Source of the DNA: Fonticula alba ATCC 38817
Taxonomy: Eukaryota; Protista; Nucleariida
Strand: one strand, 5' to 3'
NCBI GenBank assembly: GCA_000388065.2
Contig: KB932208.1
DNA: 64,000 nt
The translations under genes were made by a program, and so were the position numbers. This document shows positions 1 through 12,148 of the stretch, one piece after another (position 1 is the first letter of the stretch; each line of letters begins with the position of its first letter). The notes under the pieces were generated by a model. It did not search any database. It was not told where the DNA came from and saw only the letters and a list, made by a program, of their open reading frames with translations.

Positions 1-282
1 GGGAAGAGGGTGTACTCGGCCTCGCCGGGGGAGGAGATGCTCCATCCTCCCCCTGCCTGGCCTGGCCTGTGAGAAGGCCGATATCTCATGCATACACGGC
101 CCCCCCCCCCCCTGCCGTGCGCGCATGCCCTCGACCGCTCGGGTCCATGCTTGCGGCGATGGTGATCGGTCACTCTGCCTCTTCTGAGTATTTGTGTATT
201 TGAAAAAAAGGGGGGACATGTGCCGCATGACGCATGGAAAGCACCTCGGCACTCTATGCGGGGAAAGAGGGGGGGAGAGAAA

Positions 283-316
<34 letters not shown>

Positions 317-1645
317 ATACATCGATCTGAAGGGGGAGAGAGGGGAGAGGGGGCGGCGTGCACGACGAAACCGCGGCCACGGCACAAAAGAGAGGCCATA
401 CACAGCCGGGCGCGCGTGTGCCGGGATTATGAAGAGAGAAAGGGGGTGGGGGGACGCGACAAGGCAGTACGCGTGCCCTCAAAGTGTGTGCATGTGCGCG
501 CGCGAGCGCGTGCCTACGTGATGTGTGTGTGTGTGTGGTGGGGGAGGGGGGGTGCGTGGATGTCCCCTGGGAGGCGATGCGTGAAAGGGGGAGAGGCGCC
601 CCCCTGAGCTGCTCTGCCCCCGCGGGGAGGGAGTCGAAGGGCCGGGGAGATCGAGGGCACTGAACAGGCCCACGGGAGGGAGCTGCCTTGCATGGTGGGG
701 GGGGGGGGGGGNNNNNNNNNNNNNNNNNNNNNNNNNNNNNNNNNNNNNNNNNNNNNNNNNNNNNNNNNNNNNNNNNNNNNNNNNNNNNNNNNNNNNNNNN
801 NNNNNNNNNNNNNNNNNNNNNNNNNNNNNNNNNNNNNNNNNNNNNNNNNNNNNNNNNNNNNNNNNNNNNNNNNNNNNNNNNNNNNNNNNNNNNNNNNNNN
901 NNNNNNNNNNNNNNNNNNNNNNNNNNNNNNNNNNNNNNNNNNNNNNNNNNNNNNNNNNNNNNNNNNNNNNNNNNNNNNNNNNNNNNNNNNNNNNNNNNNN
1001 NNNNNNNNNNNNNNNNNNNNNNNNNNNNNNNNNNNNNNNNNNNNNNNNNNNNNNNNNNNNNNNNNNNNNNNNNNNNNNNNNNNNNNNNNNNNNNNNNNNN
1101 NNNNNNNNNNNNNNNNNNNNNNNNNNNNNNNNNNNNNNNNNNNNNNNNNNNNNNNNNNNNNNNNNNNNNNNNNNNNNNNNNNNNNNNNNNNNNNNNNNNN
1201 NNNNNNNNNNNNNNNNNNNNNNNNNNNNNNNNNNNNNNNNNNNNNNNNNNNNNNNNNNNNNNNNNNNNNNNNNNNNNNNNNNNNNNNNNNNNNNNNNNNN
1301 NNNNNNNNNNNNNNNNNNNNNNNNNNNNNNNNNNNNNNNNNNNNNNNNNNNNNNNNNNNNNNNNNNNNNNNNNNNNNNNNNNNNNNNNNNNNNNNNNNNN
1401 NNNNNNNNNNNNNNNNNNNNNNNNNNNNNNNNNNNNNNNNNNNNNNNNNNNNNNNNNNNNNNNNNNNNNNNGGAGGGACGACGACCGGCGCGCGGCAGGA
1501 GTGGCGGCGGCAATGTGAGGAGGCGCATACAACAAATGGTGGCGGTTCACAGACGTCCGCCGTGCGGGCGAGCGTGCAATGGGGGCGGGGGGGGGGGGGG
1601 GGGGGGGGCGCGCGCGCGAAGGGGAGAAGCAGATCGAGGGCGTAC

Positions 1646-2664
1646 ACCAAGCAAAGTCCTTGATCACGCGCAGGGCGTCAACCTTGATGAACCAGTTGGC
1701 CACGACCAGGCCGGCGCCGAGGATCTGGCACCCGATGAAGGTGGCCCACCCGGCAGAGGTCACCGGGAGGGTCCAGTTGCCGAAGGCGATGAAGATCATG
1801 AAGAAGGAGGCAAAGTCCGACAGGAGGATGAGGTCGACGATGCCGCGGAACACGAGCCAGGCATTGTACTCGGTGGGCATGGACTGGGGACGCACACATG
1901 TGTACGTGTGTGTGTGTGTGTGTGTGTTTGTGTGAGTGTGTGTGTTTGTGTGAGTGTGAGTGTGTGTGTGTGTGTGAGTGAGTGAGTGAGTGGGGGGGTG
2001 GAGGGGGAGCCCGCGCGGGGGATGGGCGCGGAGTGTGAAGACACCCACACATCCACACACCCACACAATGTGTGTACGACGCACCTCGAAGTTGTAGGAG
2101 GCATCCATCTTCTTGGACAGCTGGTCCTTGACCCGGGCCACGAGACCGGGGTTGTTCTTGATAAAAGCATCATAGGCCCGGGTGAAGGACTGATGCTTCG
2201 ACTGGCTGGACAGCAGAGCACCGAGGCCAAAGTTGTAGGCCATGCGCCAGAAGGCGAAGGACAGCAGGAAGATGTAGGAGGGGGCGCCAGAGAAGAAGGC
2301 GAGGAGCTGTCACGGATACAGGGAGAGACGTGCCAAGAGAGAGATGGATAGAGAGAGATGGCGAGGGGGGGGGGGGGGGGCTGGGCCGGCGGGGGGGGGG
2401 GGGGGGCGAGCGGAGACGCACGCGTCCGCGCGCACGCGTGCTGCCCGAGGCCCTCCGGGGGAATGTCCGGGGGATCCCGACCACGGCACCGTCCCAGATC
2501 GCCACACCGTGGCCGCCGCCTCGCCATGCTTCCCCCCCCGGCCCAGGCGGAGCACAGACCGGCAGAGGGCGGGGGGCGGGCGGGCGGAGAGCGGGTTCGC
2601 TCGCCGGCCTTGAACCGGGCACGCCGGTCCCCGGCGCGGTGGCCCTCGTGCTACAGCGCCCCAT
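1646..2664 (-). CDS. CHO2: Phosphatidylethanolamine N-methyltransferase, Cho2/PEM1 type (5' part; continues through the gap and probably past the left edge)
   Basis: Exons 2306-2085 ([38 protein letters not shown]...YNFE) and 1883-1646 ([24 protein letters not shown]...[16 protein letters not shown]) join in frame at GT-AG. They match the Cho2 motifs MPxEYNxWLxFRxxVDLIL and VDAHRVIKDYAWYW. A putative first exon (ATG 2664) contains [10 protein letters not shown], resembling Cho2 DGTVFxVPxT. Confidence 0.88.
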
Positions 2665-3855
2665 TTTCACGCCCGCTCCAATGGGCTGGGGCACTTGCGC
2701 CCGCGGGCAGATGTTCGCGCCCGACAGTCACACCCCATCTTGATGTTGGGGGGGGGAGGTTGTGTAAGGTCCGCGGCCGCGTGCCCGGCGCATGTGTGCA
2801 GCCGCACTCGCCGCACCCTTGGCACCAAGACACCGTTACGGGGAGATCGCCCCCCCCCCCCCCCCCCCCCCCCCCNNNNNNNNNNNNNNNNNNNNNNNNN
2901 NNNNNNNNNNNNNNNNNNNNNNNNNNNNNNNNNNNNNNNNNNNNNNNNNNNNNNNNNNNNNNNNNNNNNNNNNNNNNNNNNNNNNNNNNNNNNNNNNNNN
3001 NNNNNNNNNNNNNNNNNNNNNNNNNNNNNNNNNNNNNNNNNNNNNNNNNNNNNNNNNNNNNNNNNNNNNNNNNNNNNNNNNNNNNNNNNNNNNNNNNNNN
3101 NNNNNNNNNNNNNNNNNNNNNNNNNNNNNNNNNNNNNNNNNNNNNNNNNNNNNNNNNNNNNNNNNNNNNNNNNNNNNNNNNNNNNNNNNNNNNNNNNNNN
3201 NNNNNNNNNNNNNNNNNNNNNNNNNNNNNNNNNNNNNNNNNNNNNNNNNNNNNNNNNNNNNNNNNNNNNNNNNNNNNNNNNNNNNNNNNNNNNNNNNNNN
3301 NNNNNNNNNNNNNNNNNNNNNNNNNNNNNNNNNNNNNNNNNNNNNNNNNNNNNNNNNNNNNNNNNNNNNNNNNNNNNNNNNNNNNNNNNNNNNNNNNNNN
3401 NNNNNNNNNNNNNNNNNNNNNNNNNNNNNNNNNNNNNNNNNNNNNNNNNNNNNNNNNNNNNNNNNNNNNNNNNNNNNNNNNNNNNNNNNNNNNNNNNNNN
3501 NNNNNNNNNNNNNNNNNNNNNNNNNNNNNNNNNNNNNNNNNNNNNNNNNNNNNNNNNNNNNNNNNNNNNNNNNNNNNNNNNNNNNNNNNNNNNNNNNNNN
3601 NNNNNNNNNNNNNNNNNNNNNNNNNNNNNNNNNNNNNNNNNNNNNNNNNNNNNNNNNNNNNNNNNNNNNNNNNNNNNNNNNNNNNNNNNNNNNNNNNNNN
3701 NNNNNNNNNNNNNNNNNNNNNNNNNNNNNNNNNNNNNNNNNNNNNNNNNNNNNNNNNNNNNNNNNNNNNNNNNNNNNNNNNNNNNNNNNNNNNNNNNNNN
3801 NNNNNNNNNNNNNNNNNNNNNNNNNNNNNNNNNNNNNNNNNNNNNNNNNNNNNNN

Positions 3856-4281
3856 NATCGCATCCCCCCCCCCACACCCGGGGCAGACCCTCAACTGCCA
3901 GCCTTTGCCCCCGGGCTCCGGCAAAAATTGCCCCCCTGCCACCTCCGCATGCGTGGTCGACCAATTAAATGCTGTCACGCCGCGCCGGTACCACCATGGC
4001 GGGATCATGAAAGCTTTGTCCCTCGCCCTCTCTCCGCCTCCGTCTCTGCCCCACATCGTGCATTCATGCACACACGTCCCCCCCCCCGCCCCCCTTCCCG
4101 CGTATGTGTGTGTGTGTGTACCGCCCCCTTGGCACCGGGGCATCGAGAGACAAGGGACCGGGCGGGGGGGGGCGGCGGCGGGTGGGCGCCCATCACTGTC
4201 CCGGTCCCCCCCCCCCCCCCTGTGCCGGGTGTAGGGAGGCCCGTTCCCGAGGGGGGAGTATATTTCCGCGGAGCGCCGTAG
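3856..4281 (+). CDS. Possible 3' exons of a small hypothetical gene, tail-to-tail with the SET gene
   Basis: Coding-like stretches (TLNCQPLPPGSGKNCPPA; GRPVPEGGVYFRGAP-stop at 4281) with poly-C before an AG. No motif recognised and the 5' part lies in a gap. Confidence 0.2.
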   Translation, partial: XRIPPPTPGADPQLPAFAPGLRQKLPPCHLRMRGRPIKCCHAAPVPPWRDHESFVPRPLSASVSAPHRAFMHTRPPPRPPSRVCVCVCTAPLAPGHRETRDRAGGGGGGWAPITVPVPPPPPVPGVGRPVPEGGVYFRGAP

Positions 4282-4317
4282 TTGTCGCCAAACAGCGCGC
4301 AGCACGTGATGGCCAAA

Positions 4318-6496
4318 TCACACACCAAAGTAGATGCCGTGACCGGCCTCGATTGCCTGGTCGAGCATGGCCGCCTGCGATCGAGCGAAGGCGGCCAGAG
4401 AGTGCAGCGCCTGCTGATGGGCCTCCACCGCCTCCGGGTGTGCTGCTTCCCGATGGTCGGCATCCAGGTCGGCCAGGTTGATGAGACTGCGCTGTCGCTG
4501 CAGGAGCTCGACGAGGAAGGCCGCCGCATCGTCACCGTGCCGCGGCGACACCGGGTCCGCCAGCAGACGCCGCAGGTGCTGGCGCCCGTGCCGGACTGGG
4601 GCATCGTCAGCAGGACACTCGCAGGCCAGCGCGCCACACTCCTCGCAGATGGCCGCCTGAAGGGCTTCCTGCAGGTGGAAAAACTCCGCAACGCGGAGTG
4701 TTTGAATGTCTGCACCGTGGTTTGGGGAGGATACATCAGTATGCGCAAGCGGCCGAGAGGCCAGTGGCCCCGATGCACAGGGGGGACCCCGACAAGGGCA
4801 GGGGAAATGCGCGACGGGCGGGCGCGAGGAGGCGGGAAGAGGGCGGTGGAAAGGCCCACTGGCACCGGCACACAAGCACACACAACCGCGGCAAATGGCC
4901 AATGCCCAATGGGGAGCGGGGGGGGGGGGGGGGGGGGAACCACGTACTCAGGGCCATCCGGCTCGTGGGATTCAGGGAAAAGCCCCGGCCCGAGGCAGCC
5001 CGCTCGAGGGTCAACCGGGGCGGAAGGCCAAGCGCCTGCATCAGGCCCTCACGGTGTGCCGGGAATTCGTCACCCCGGATGCCCACTCCCCCGCAGGCGG
5101 CGTCATCGGCGGCCAGGCTGTCCTGGAAGGCCATCGATTGGGCCAGTGCCTGGGGCCCGGCCACCGACAGGACCAGCCGATCATGGGGATTGGCCTCGGC
5201 CTCGGGGAAGAAGCCATACTGGAAGATCAGCTCGTCGGAGCCCTTATCACCGTAGGATGTCAGCAGGGGAACCAGAGCGCGCTCCTGGCCGGCTGGTCCG
5301 GCGGCCGCCGTCAGCACCGGGTCCGCCGAGTAGATGGTCACCCCGTCGAAGGATGCCTGCCACTGGGCAAAAAGGTGGTCGGCCGGCTGCCGCGAGGGGA
5401 CCGGTGCCGATGCCGCTCCTTCGGCGACCGGTGTCGATGCCGCTCCTTCGGCGACCGCTGCCGATGCGACTCCTTCGGCGACCGGTGCCGATGCCGCTCC
5501 TTCGGCGGCCGCGGCCGTGACTCGGCCGGTCGCCGCCACGCGATGATTGCAATAGTCCACCACGGGCACCAGGGCATCGACGATGGCTTCGCTCGGGCCA
5601 GTCCCAGGACTGCCGGCCAGGAAGGGGCCGCGGAAGACCCGCGACCGGAAGGCCCCATCCGCCCAGAGGAGATCCCCCGGGGCAAGGAGCTCCTCCCCGG
5701 CCAGGGGCCCAGCCGGGCAGCCCGGACCATCCAGCGCCAGCAGGCATACCAGCACCCGCAGCACCGGTAGCTCCAGGCCGAGCAAGTGCATGCGCTTGGT
5801 CAGAACCGCCGGGCCAAGCCCGGTGCCACGCAGCAGCCGAGACGCCAGCTCGCCGGCCGGTCCATAGAGGCAGGCATTCAGGCTCGGGGGGGTCGTCGGC
5901 CAGGCGGCCATCAGCACCGGCAGATACTCGATCAGATGGGCCTCCTCGGTGGGCTGGGCAGCCCCGGCACCGGCGTCGGGCCAGAAGCCCGGCAGCCCCG
6001 CGAAGGTGTCCTCGAAGGCGAGTGCCGGGGCGGCGGCCGTCGGGAGGAGGCCCTCCCGGCGGGCGTGCGCCCGTGCCAGCAGCAAGCACAGCAGGATGCC
6101 CAGGCGCGTGCGCAGGGGGGTCCCAGGGCGCAGCCGGTCCGGGTCGATGTCTTGCAGGGCGTCCACACAGCCGGGGTACAGGGCCACCAGGCGGTCGACC
6201 AGCGGGGCGTCCGTCCCCTCCAGCAGGGCATCCAGGCTGGCCAGGGCACGGCGGACTGGCCGGACACCGGTCAGCCGTTGGTCGGTGAGCACAAACTTCC
6301 CGGGGATGAAGCAGAGCGGGATGGCGGCATCATCGGTGCCTGCGGCGCCGCCAGGCGGAAGAGGCAAATTCATGAAGAGACCCATGCCACCGTGGGCATC
6401 GGCCGCGATACGCAGCTCCGGATGCAAGTAGGTCTCCGGATCCTGGAGGAGGGTCTCCACCAGACGGGCATGGCGCCGCTCAAGTGTGGGCCGCAT
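4318..6496 (-). CDS. SET-domain N-lysine methyltransferase (SETD3/SETD4/Rkm/Rubisco-LSMT-like class)
   Basis: ORF from MRPTLERR (6496) with LRIAADAHGGMGLF, LVPVVDYCNH and SYGDKGSDELIFQYGF (SET PxxDxxNH and YG...YGF motifs). One phase-1 intron (~4947-4711, GTACGT...TGCAG) joins a C-terminal exon ending GHGIYFGV-stop at 4318. Confidence 0.85.
5401..5508. repeat. 27-bp tandem repeat, 4 copies, coding (AEGAASAPV-like) inside the SET domain
   Basis: Units CCGGTGCCGATGCCGCTCCTTCGGCGA start at 5401, 5428, 5455 and 5482 with a few substitutions. Confidence 0.95.
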
Positions 6497-7519
6497 ATTT
6501 CGGCCGGGGCAAGTGAAGGGGGGCTCGGCAGGGGGCGAGGAGGGGGGGGGGGAGGCGGGGGAGGGAACGCAGGATGTGATCGGTGGGCATGTCCGTCCTT
6601 TGGCAGCGCCATCTTGAATAGAAACAGCAATCCCACTCCGCCGCCGTTCCCCCCGCCCCCCCCCCCCCGACCCGGTGCCATCGCCGCGTCCCGACGGGCG
6701 GGCCAATGTGGCCCCCCATGCGCGCACGTGCGCGTAGTCCCCGCNNNNNNNNNNNNNNNNNNNNNNNNNNNNNNNNNNNNNNNNNNNNNNNNNNNNNNNN
6801 NNNCCCCCCCCCTGCACTCCCCCCGGCCCTCTTCCTCCTCTTCCTCGCCGCGCGGCCTTCCCCTCCCCCCCGCTCAAAAAAGCGCTTGTTCTTGCTCAGC
6901 CTTCCGCATGGCACTGTACATCGTGTAGGAGGGGGCTGCGCCGGCTGCTGTGTGGGCTTCAATTTTTAAAGGAAAAAGGGGAGCAATCACAGGAAAGCTC
7001 ATCGCATGTGTGCCCCGAGAGAAAAGAGTGGCTCGCACTCTTCGTGTGTCTCGTGGGGGTGATCCGAAAATCACTCACGAATCTGGGGGGTGGAGCAAAG
7101 GCAGGAGGGAAAGGGGCGAAGAGTTAGATGAGGAGGCAGGGGGAGGAGGAGGAGGAGGAGGCAGCGAGATGTGATGTGGGATATCCTCAACTTCAAAGTT
7201 CTCAGTCATGGTTTTTTGTTTCAGACAGGGATAACTTGAAAAAATTCTTCATTGGTATGACGCAGCAGCAGGGCAAACAGGCGAGCATGGGGGGGGGGGG
7301 GGGGGGGGGGGGGGAAGGGACGCACGCGATGGAGAAGCGCAGAGAGTGGGCGAGGAAAAAAAGGCGAGGGCGGGAGGCCAAGCCGGGCCACGCATTTTGA
7401 GTGTGTGTCACCTGCCTGTGGGCCGGCCGCCGCCCACGCGGCCTAGTATGCCTGGGACATTTCCCCCCGATGCGCGGGCAAAAAGACGCGCCCTCAGAAA
7501 TAGCCTCGGGGCCGGGATG

Positions 7520-7531
7520 AAAAAAAAGAAA
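7520..7531 (-). terminator. Pol III oligo-T terminator of tRNA-Glu
   Basis: TTTCTTTTTTTT on the minus strand immediately 3' of the tRNA. Confidence 0.85.
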
Positions 7532-7604
7532 CTCCCATACCGGGACTCGAACCCGGGGCGCGTGGGTGAAAGCCACGTATCCTAACCACCTAGACCATAT
7601 GGGA
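7532..7604 (-). tRNA. tRNA-Glu (anticodon TTC)
   Basis: Reverse complement TCCCATATGGTCTAGGTGGTTAGGATACGTGGCTTTCACCCACGCGCCCCGGGTTCGAGTCCCGGTATGGGA(G). It has a 7-bp acceptor stem, anticodon arm CGTGG-CTTTCAC-CCACG and B-box GGTTCGAGTCC, with no intron. Confidence 0.97.
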
Positions 7605-8452
7605 TGGTTATGGTTGATACAACCAACCCGCTGGAATATGTACATGCGGTTTTCCACGGAGTTTGGGCCGCCGGTTGTCGATCGTGTCCTCCGGCGAGCC
7701 GGTGATTCCCCCCGCCCCCCGGACGCGCTGGGTGCGCACCTGTGGAATTCCCTCCACCTGGCCCCTCTCCTCGATACCACCGACCTGTGTCTGGCGGTGG
7801 TGCCTCGACTGCTCGCCTGCGGGAGCTCTCGGGCCTGTGCCCATTGTTGTGGCTGGTCGTGCTGAGCATGGTGTTGTTGTTTTTTTTTTCCCCCGCCGCC
7901 CCTCTTCAAACCATGCACCCGGGCAGGCACCACAGATTGCTCCTCCCGAGACGCCCTTTCCCCCCCAGTCCAGGCCAAGGGAGACACATGGCTTTCCTTC
8001 TCCGGACATTTATTCACCCGTGTATTGTCGTCACCAATCCGCGCGGTGCGCGCCGGGGGCGTGCCTTCAAAAATGCATGGTCTGGTGAGTCTGCGCACGG
8101 GCGCTCTCTCACACCCGCGAGCACAGGGGGCGCGCGGAGATGCCTTATGGTCCCCCCCCCCCGCCCAGCGAGCATCAAGGCGGAGGCCGGGCGGCGGGGG
8201 GGGGGGGGGGGGGAGGGGGCGGGGGGGGGGGGGGGGGGGGGGGGGAATGGGCGCGCGGAGGCAGGGGAGGGGCGAGAAAATAATGGCATTGTCCCCCCTC
8301 GCGGCTTCCTTCGCTCGGTCTTTTCCCTTCTTGGTGCTTCCTGTGCTCCGTGCTTTCTTTTGCCCCTCCGGCGTGGGCACTCCGAACCTGGCGCGCAAGG
8401 TGCTGGCCGCTGCCTGCTGCTCCCTTCCCCCACCGGCCGGAATAGCCGTTCG

Positions 8453-8483
<31 letters not shown>

Positions 8484-8546
8484 CGCTCGCTCGCTCGCTC
8501 GCTCGCTCTCGGCCCTGGGCGTGTGCCCTCCCCGATGGAAATGCCA

Positions 8547-10205
8547 TCACAGAAGCAGCATCATCACCACAGAGAGCGCCATCAGCCGAAGGGCAAGCAC
8601 CGACCGCATGGAGGCAGGCCCGCTGTTCGGGAACAGCGAGTCGTGGTAGCTGTACGTAAAGCGATTCAACGTGAGCGACTCATTGCGCCAGATCTGCGAG
8701 CAGCGGGCCCCACGAAAGATGGCATTCCCCACGGTGGCCCGAGGGCAGATGAGATCCGGCGTCGGGAAGAGGTCCAGCAGCTTGCAAATCTCGGCATAGC
8801 TGTTGCTCCGGGCGCTCTGGCACTGCATGATCTTCTTGATGGAGGAGGAGCACACGCGCGAGTTGCAAAACACCGGCGAGGCCAGGTGGAAATCAAAGTC
8901 ATTGTCCTGGAACTCGCACTGGCTGCGCACCAGGTTGTAGTGCCGGAGGAGGTTCTGATCGTCGCATCCCTCGGGCGGGTGCATCTCGGTGTGCTTTTCC
9001 GGGAAGAGGTAATTCACCGGGCAGTAGAGCTCCTCGTCCTCCAAATTGGTCGTGGCCACATGCGAATGCGGGGCCACCTTGATGCAATGCTTTTGGTAAT
9101 CCTCCAGGTACTTGGCACAGTGGCCGAAGCTCTGGTGGCGAGCCACCGGCATGCCGCCGGTCACCATGCCATTGAGTGTTCCGCAAATGGCAAGGTCCGC
9201 CAGGAAGGGCAAAATGTCCCGGCTGCAGGCGGCCCCGCGCAGGGTCAGCACCTTCACCATCTCGAAGCTTTCCATGTAGGCACGCCCACAGAAGGTATTT
9301 AACTGGGGGTCAAGGGTGGCGCGCGGTTCGCGCCGGTGGGGCGGCACCCGGGTGGGCCGGGTCCCTGGGGCGTCCACCTGCTCGACCACCTGGGGATTGG
9401 TGGCGTTGTCTGTGGAGGATGCCCCGAAGTGGCGTGCGGTTGATGCGGTCATGCGTTAGAGTCCGGCAGGCACATTGTCCCCGGAATGTGCACATTTGTC
9501 GGGCCATCGGCCTGCCCGCATGTGCATCTCTCTCTCTCTCTCTGTGTCTCTCTTCCTCTCTCTGTGCGTGTGGGTGTGTGTGTGTGTCTCGCTCTGCCAT
9601 CTGCAGCTCCCCATCACCATCGAGCACCAGGACGCGCGCGCGCGTGGTGCGCCATTCTGCGTGCACACGCGTGCTTGGGAGGGCCACCACGGGCAGGGGG
9701 GCGGGAAATACGCACGCGAACAGGGGGGGTGCTTCTCCAACAGTGCATCCAACTGCTGGAGCACCGCAAAGGTCCCGGTGATGTTGGCGCTGAGCAGCCG
9801 ATGCACAAGAGGGTCGAGCTCCATGGCGTCCAGGCGAAGGGCAGGGGCGCAGACAATAAAGCGACACGAGCTAGGAAGGCGAGAAGGGGGGCTGCAACGG
9901 AAGGGGGCCGACTCCGGAGAAGGTGAGGGAAAGGCGGGAGGACTTCTGGAGAGCCGCCACTCTCCCACACCACCAGGCCAGTGGCAGATATAAGCGCCTC
10001 TGCCGGGGATTCCCGGCGAGCCCAGCCATCGATCATGCCCAACAGAGGGCTTCCGCTCCGGCAGGTGCCGGCATTCCTTCCCGATCTCGGGGATGATGGT
10101 CCTGGTGCGGGATGGCCCATCCCCGTGGCAGGCAATGTCGTGCGAAGGAAAGGGCTGCAGGGATGAAGATCCGCCGGGCACCTGGGCAGGACGAAAGCAG
10201 CCGCC
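8547..10205 (-). CDS. Cysteine-rich hypothetical protein with hydrophobic C-terminus (possible GPI-anchored surface protein); 5' end uncertain
   Basis: The last exon (~9304-8547) is Cys-rich and ends ...NSGPASMRSVLALRLMALSVVMMLLL-stop. Likely upstream exons lie at ~9890-9715 (CRFIVC...MELDPLVHRLLSANITG) and ~10205-9975 (GCFRPAQ...DIACHGDG...ECRHLP...YICHW), with plausible AG/GT sites. Confidence 0.55.
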
Positions 10206-12024
10206 TGGGGGGGAAAAGTTTTGTGCGAAGTCCGGGCGAATGTCCAGACAAACGCTTCGCTCGAGGCAGGGCAGATGGCAGGGCAGGCTGTGTCACCAGC
10301 TCCCGCCCAAGGAAGAGGTGCAGAGCCGGCCCAACGGCGGCGGTCGCGGCAAAGGGAGGCGCAAGGGATTGCCGCTGCCCGCTTCTCGGCGATCCCGGTG
10401 CGCGATTGGACATTTGCATGGTCCCCCGATGCCGGCCATGGACGGCCGCGATTCGCCGGGCAAGATCGAAGGACCGGGCCGCCCGGCCAAAACGCCAGCA
10501 ACACGAAGCGGGCCGCCGGCCGCTTGGACTGGGGCCCCGGGTGGTATTCTCCCAGAGGGGCCACCAGGCCCGGAGGGCCCTGCACAGGGACCGGCTTCTG
10601 GTTCGAGCGAGGGCACCGGATCGCCGGTTATGGAGGCCTCTTAAGAGCGAGGAAGGGGGCCGGGCCGGGCCGGGCCGGGCCGGGGGCAGGGAGAGGGAGA
10701 AAATGGGAACACGATCGGGAAATGGGCCGTGCCTCATTTTGGCGATCCCGAAAATGGTTGTCCCAGGTCCGCTGCACATACCCCACAACGGCCCCCCCCC
10801 CTGGAGCCGTGAGGCGCGTCCGGGATCGGCTGGTTTCTCGGTGCGGCGCGAATGCCCGCGCGCATGCACGCACATGCGTCTCCCCGGGTGCGTGCGAATA
10901 ACGGGCAGGCCTGGAGGTGCGGCGAGGCCGCATCGGCAGCATCGCGGCCGTGTGGCCCTGCCTTCGCGCTTCACTTTCGCCAGGTCCGCCAGGGGAAAGC
11001 CACCCCTTCTTGTGAGCCCGAGAATTGCGTGTCGCCCTTGTGTGCTTCTTCTCCTTCAGCTGGGGGCTTCTTTAACTCGGTGCGCTTTTCATTAGCTCCG
11101 CATCGACCCGGGCGCCCGAGTCTATTCGCCTCTTCCGTCATTGACAGAGGGGGGGGGTATGCTGGTAGGGCACGCGCGGGCACGCGCGGGCGCGCGGGCG
11201 CGCGAGAGAGAGAGCGGGTTCTTGTGGGCGACTGACCAACCCGTAGGGCGGGCCGTCGCGACAATCGCCCTTTGCGATTGGTAGATGGCGGCACCGATGG
11301 TCAGGCTCAGCTGGAGGGGGGAGGCAACTCGGGCATAGGCCGCAGGAAGTTCGACCCCCCCCCCCCCCCCAGCACCCCGAGAGTCAGGAGGCGGCGCGCG
11401 GGGCGTGGACAAAGGGTGGCGGCCCTGCAGGTGGCAGGAGCCCCAGCTGCCCGGGGGGTCCACCCCTGCCTCCGCTCGTTCCGGCCGGCTCCCCGCGGAG
11501 AAGAAAACCCCCAGGACCGAGAAAGAGGACCGGTCTTCCGGGCTGAGGACCCACGCCAAGAGCAGCTCTGCCACACAGGGGCCCCGATGGGGCAGCAGAG
11601 CATCCCACGGGCCGGGGGCCGCGGACATGCGGCCCCGCGTGCACGGGTCGGCCACAAAAAGAAAGCCGGGGCAGGCAGTTTGTATATTGAGGATGTGAAG
11701 AGGAAAGAACTGGAGGCGCTGCGACAGGGGTCCCCCTGAGCACCGCCGGCCGACCGCGAGGGCGCGCCGCAAACACACGTACATGGGAGGGCGAGCTCCC
11801 CCAAAGAGCGAGGCACCCCATGGATCCCGCCACAGGGAGGAGAGAAAAGGAAAAAGAGACACCCGGCTCTCCATTTTCCCGGCCACCGGGAATGCACAGG
11901 TATAGGACGACGACCTGACGCCCGCATTCATTCCGGCGCCGGCTGCTGTCGGGACGGCCCCCGGTGCACATGGGGGCAAGGGAGGCGCGCGCGGCGCTGT
12001 CCGCGAGATGCGCGCGCGTCTAGT

Positions 12025-12113
12025 CTAGCACACGTCAAACTCAAGGGTCTTAAGCCGCTCCAGCTGCTGGGACACCTGCTCGCAGAACTCCGTCACCTCG
12101 GAGGGTCTTCATG

Positions 12114-12148
<35 letters not shown>

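Noticed and set aside
479-4305. Long ORFs made mostly of X (also at 24078-25154, 45163-47397, 51495-54214 and 60512-63111)
   Set aside because: They are open only because N-runs contain no stop codons.
6874-7260. Short coding-like pieces between the SET gene and the tRNA (MTENFEVEDIPHH...; EAHTAAGAAPSYTMYSAMRKAEQEQALF)
   Set aside because: I could not build a consistent spliced frame or strand, so support is too weak to call.
8025-9302. 425-aa + strand ORF
   Set aside because: It overlaps the better-supported minus-strand Cys-rich exon and includes poly-G and (CT)n tracts.
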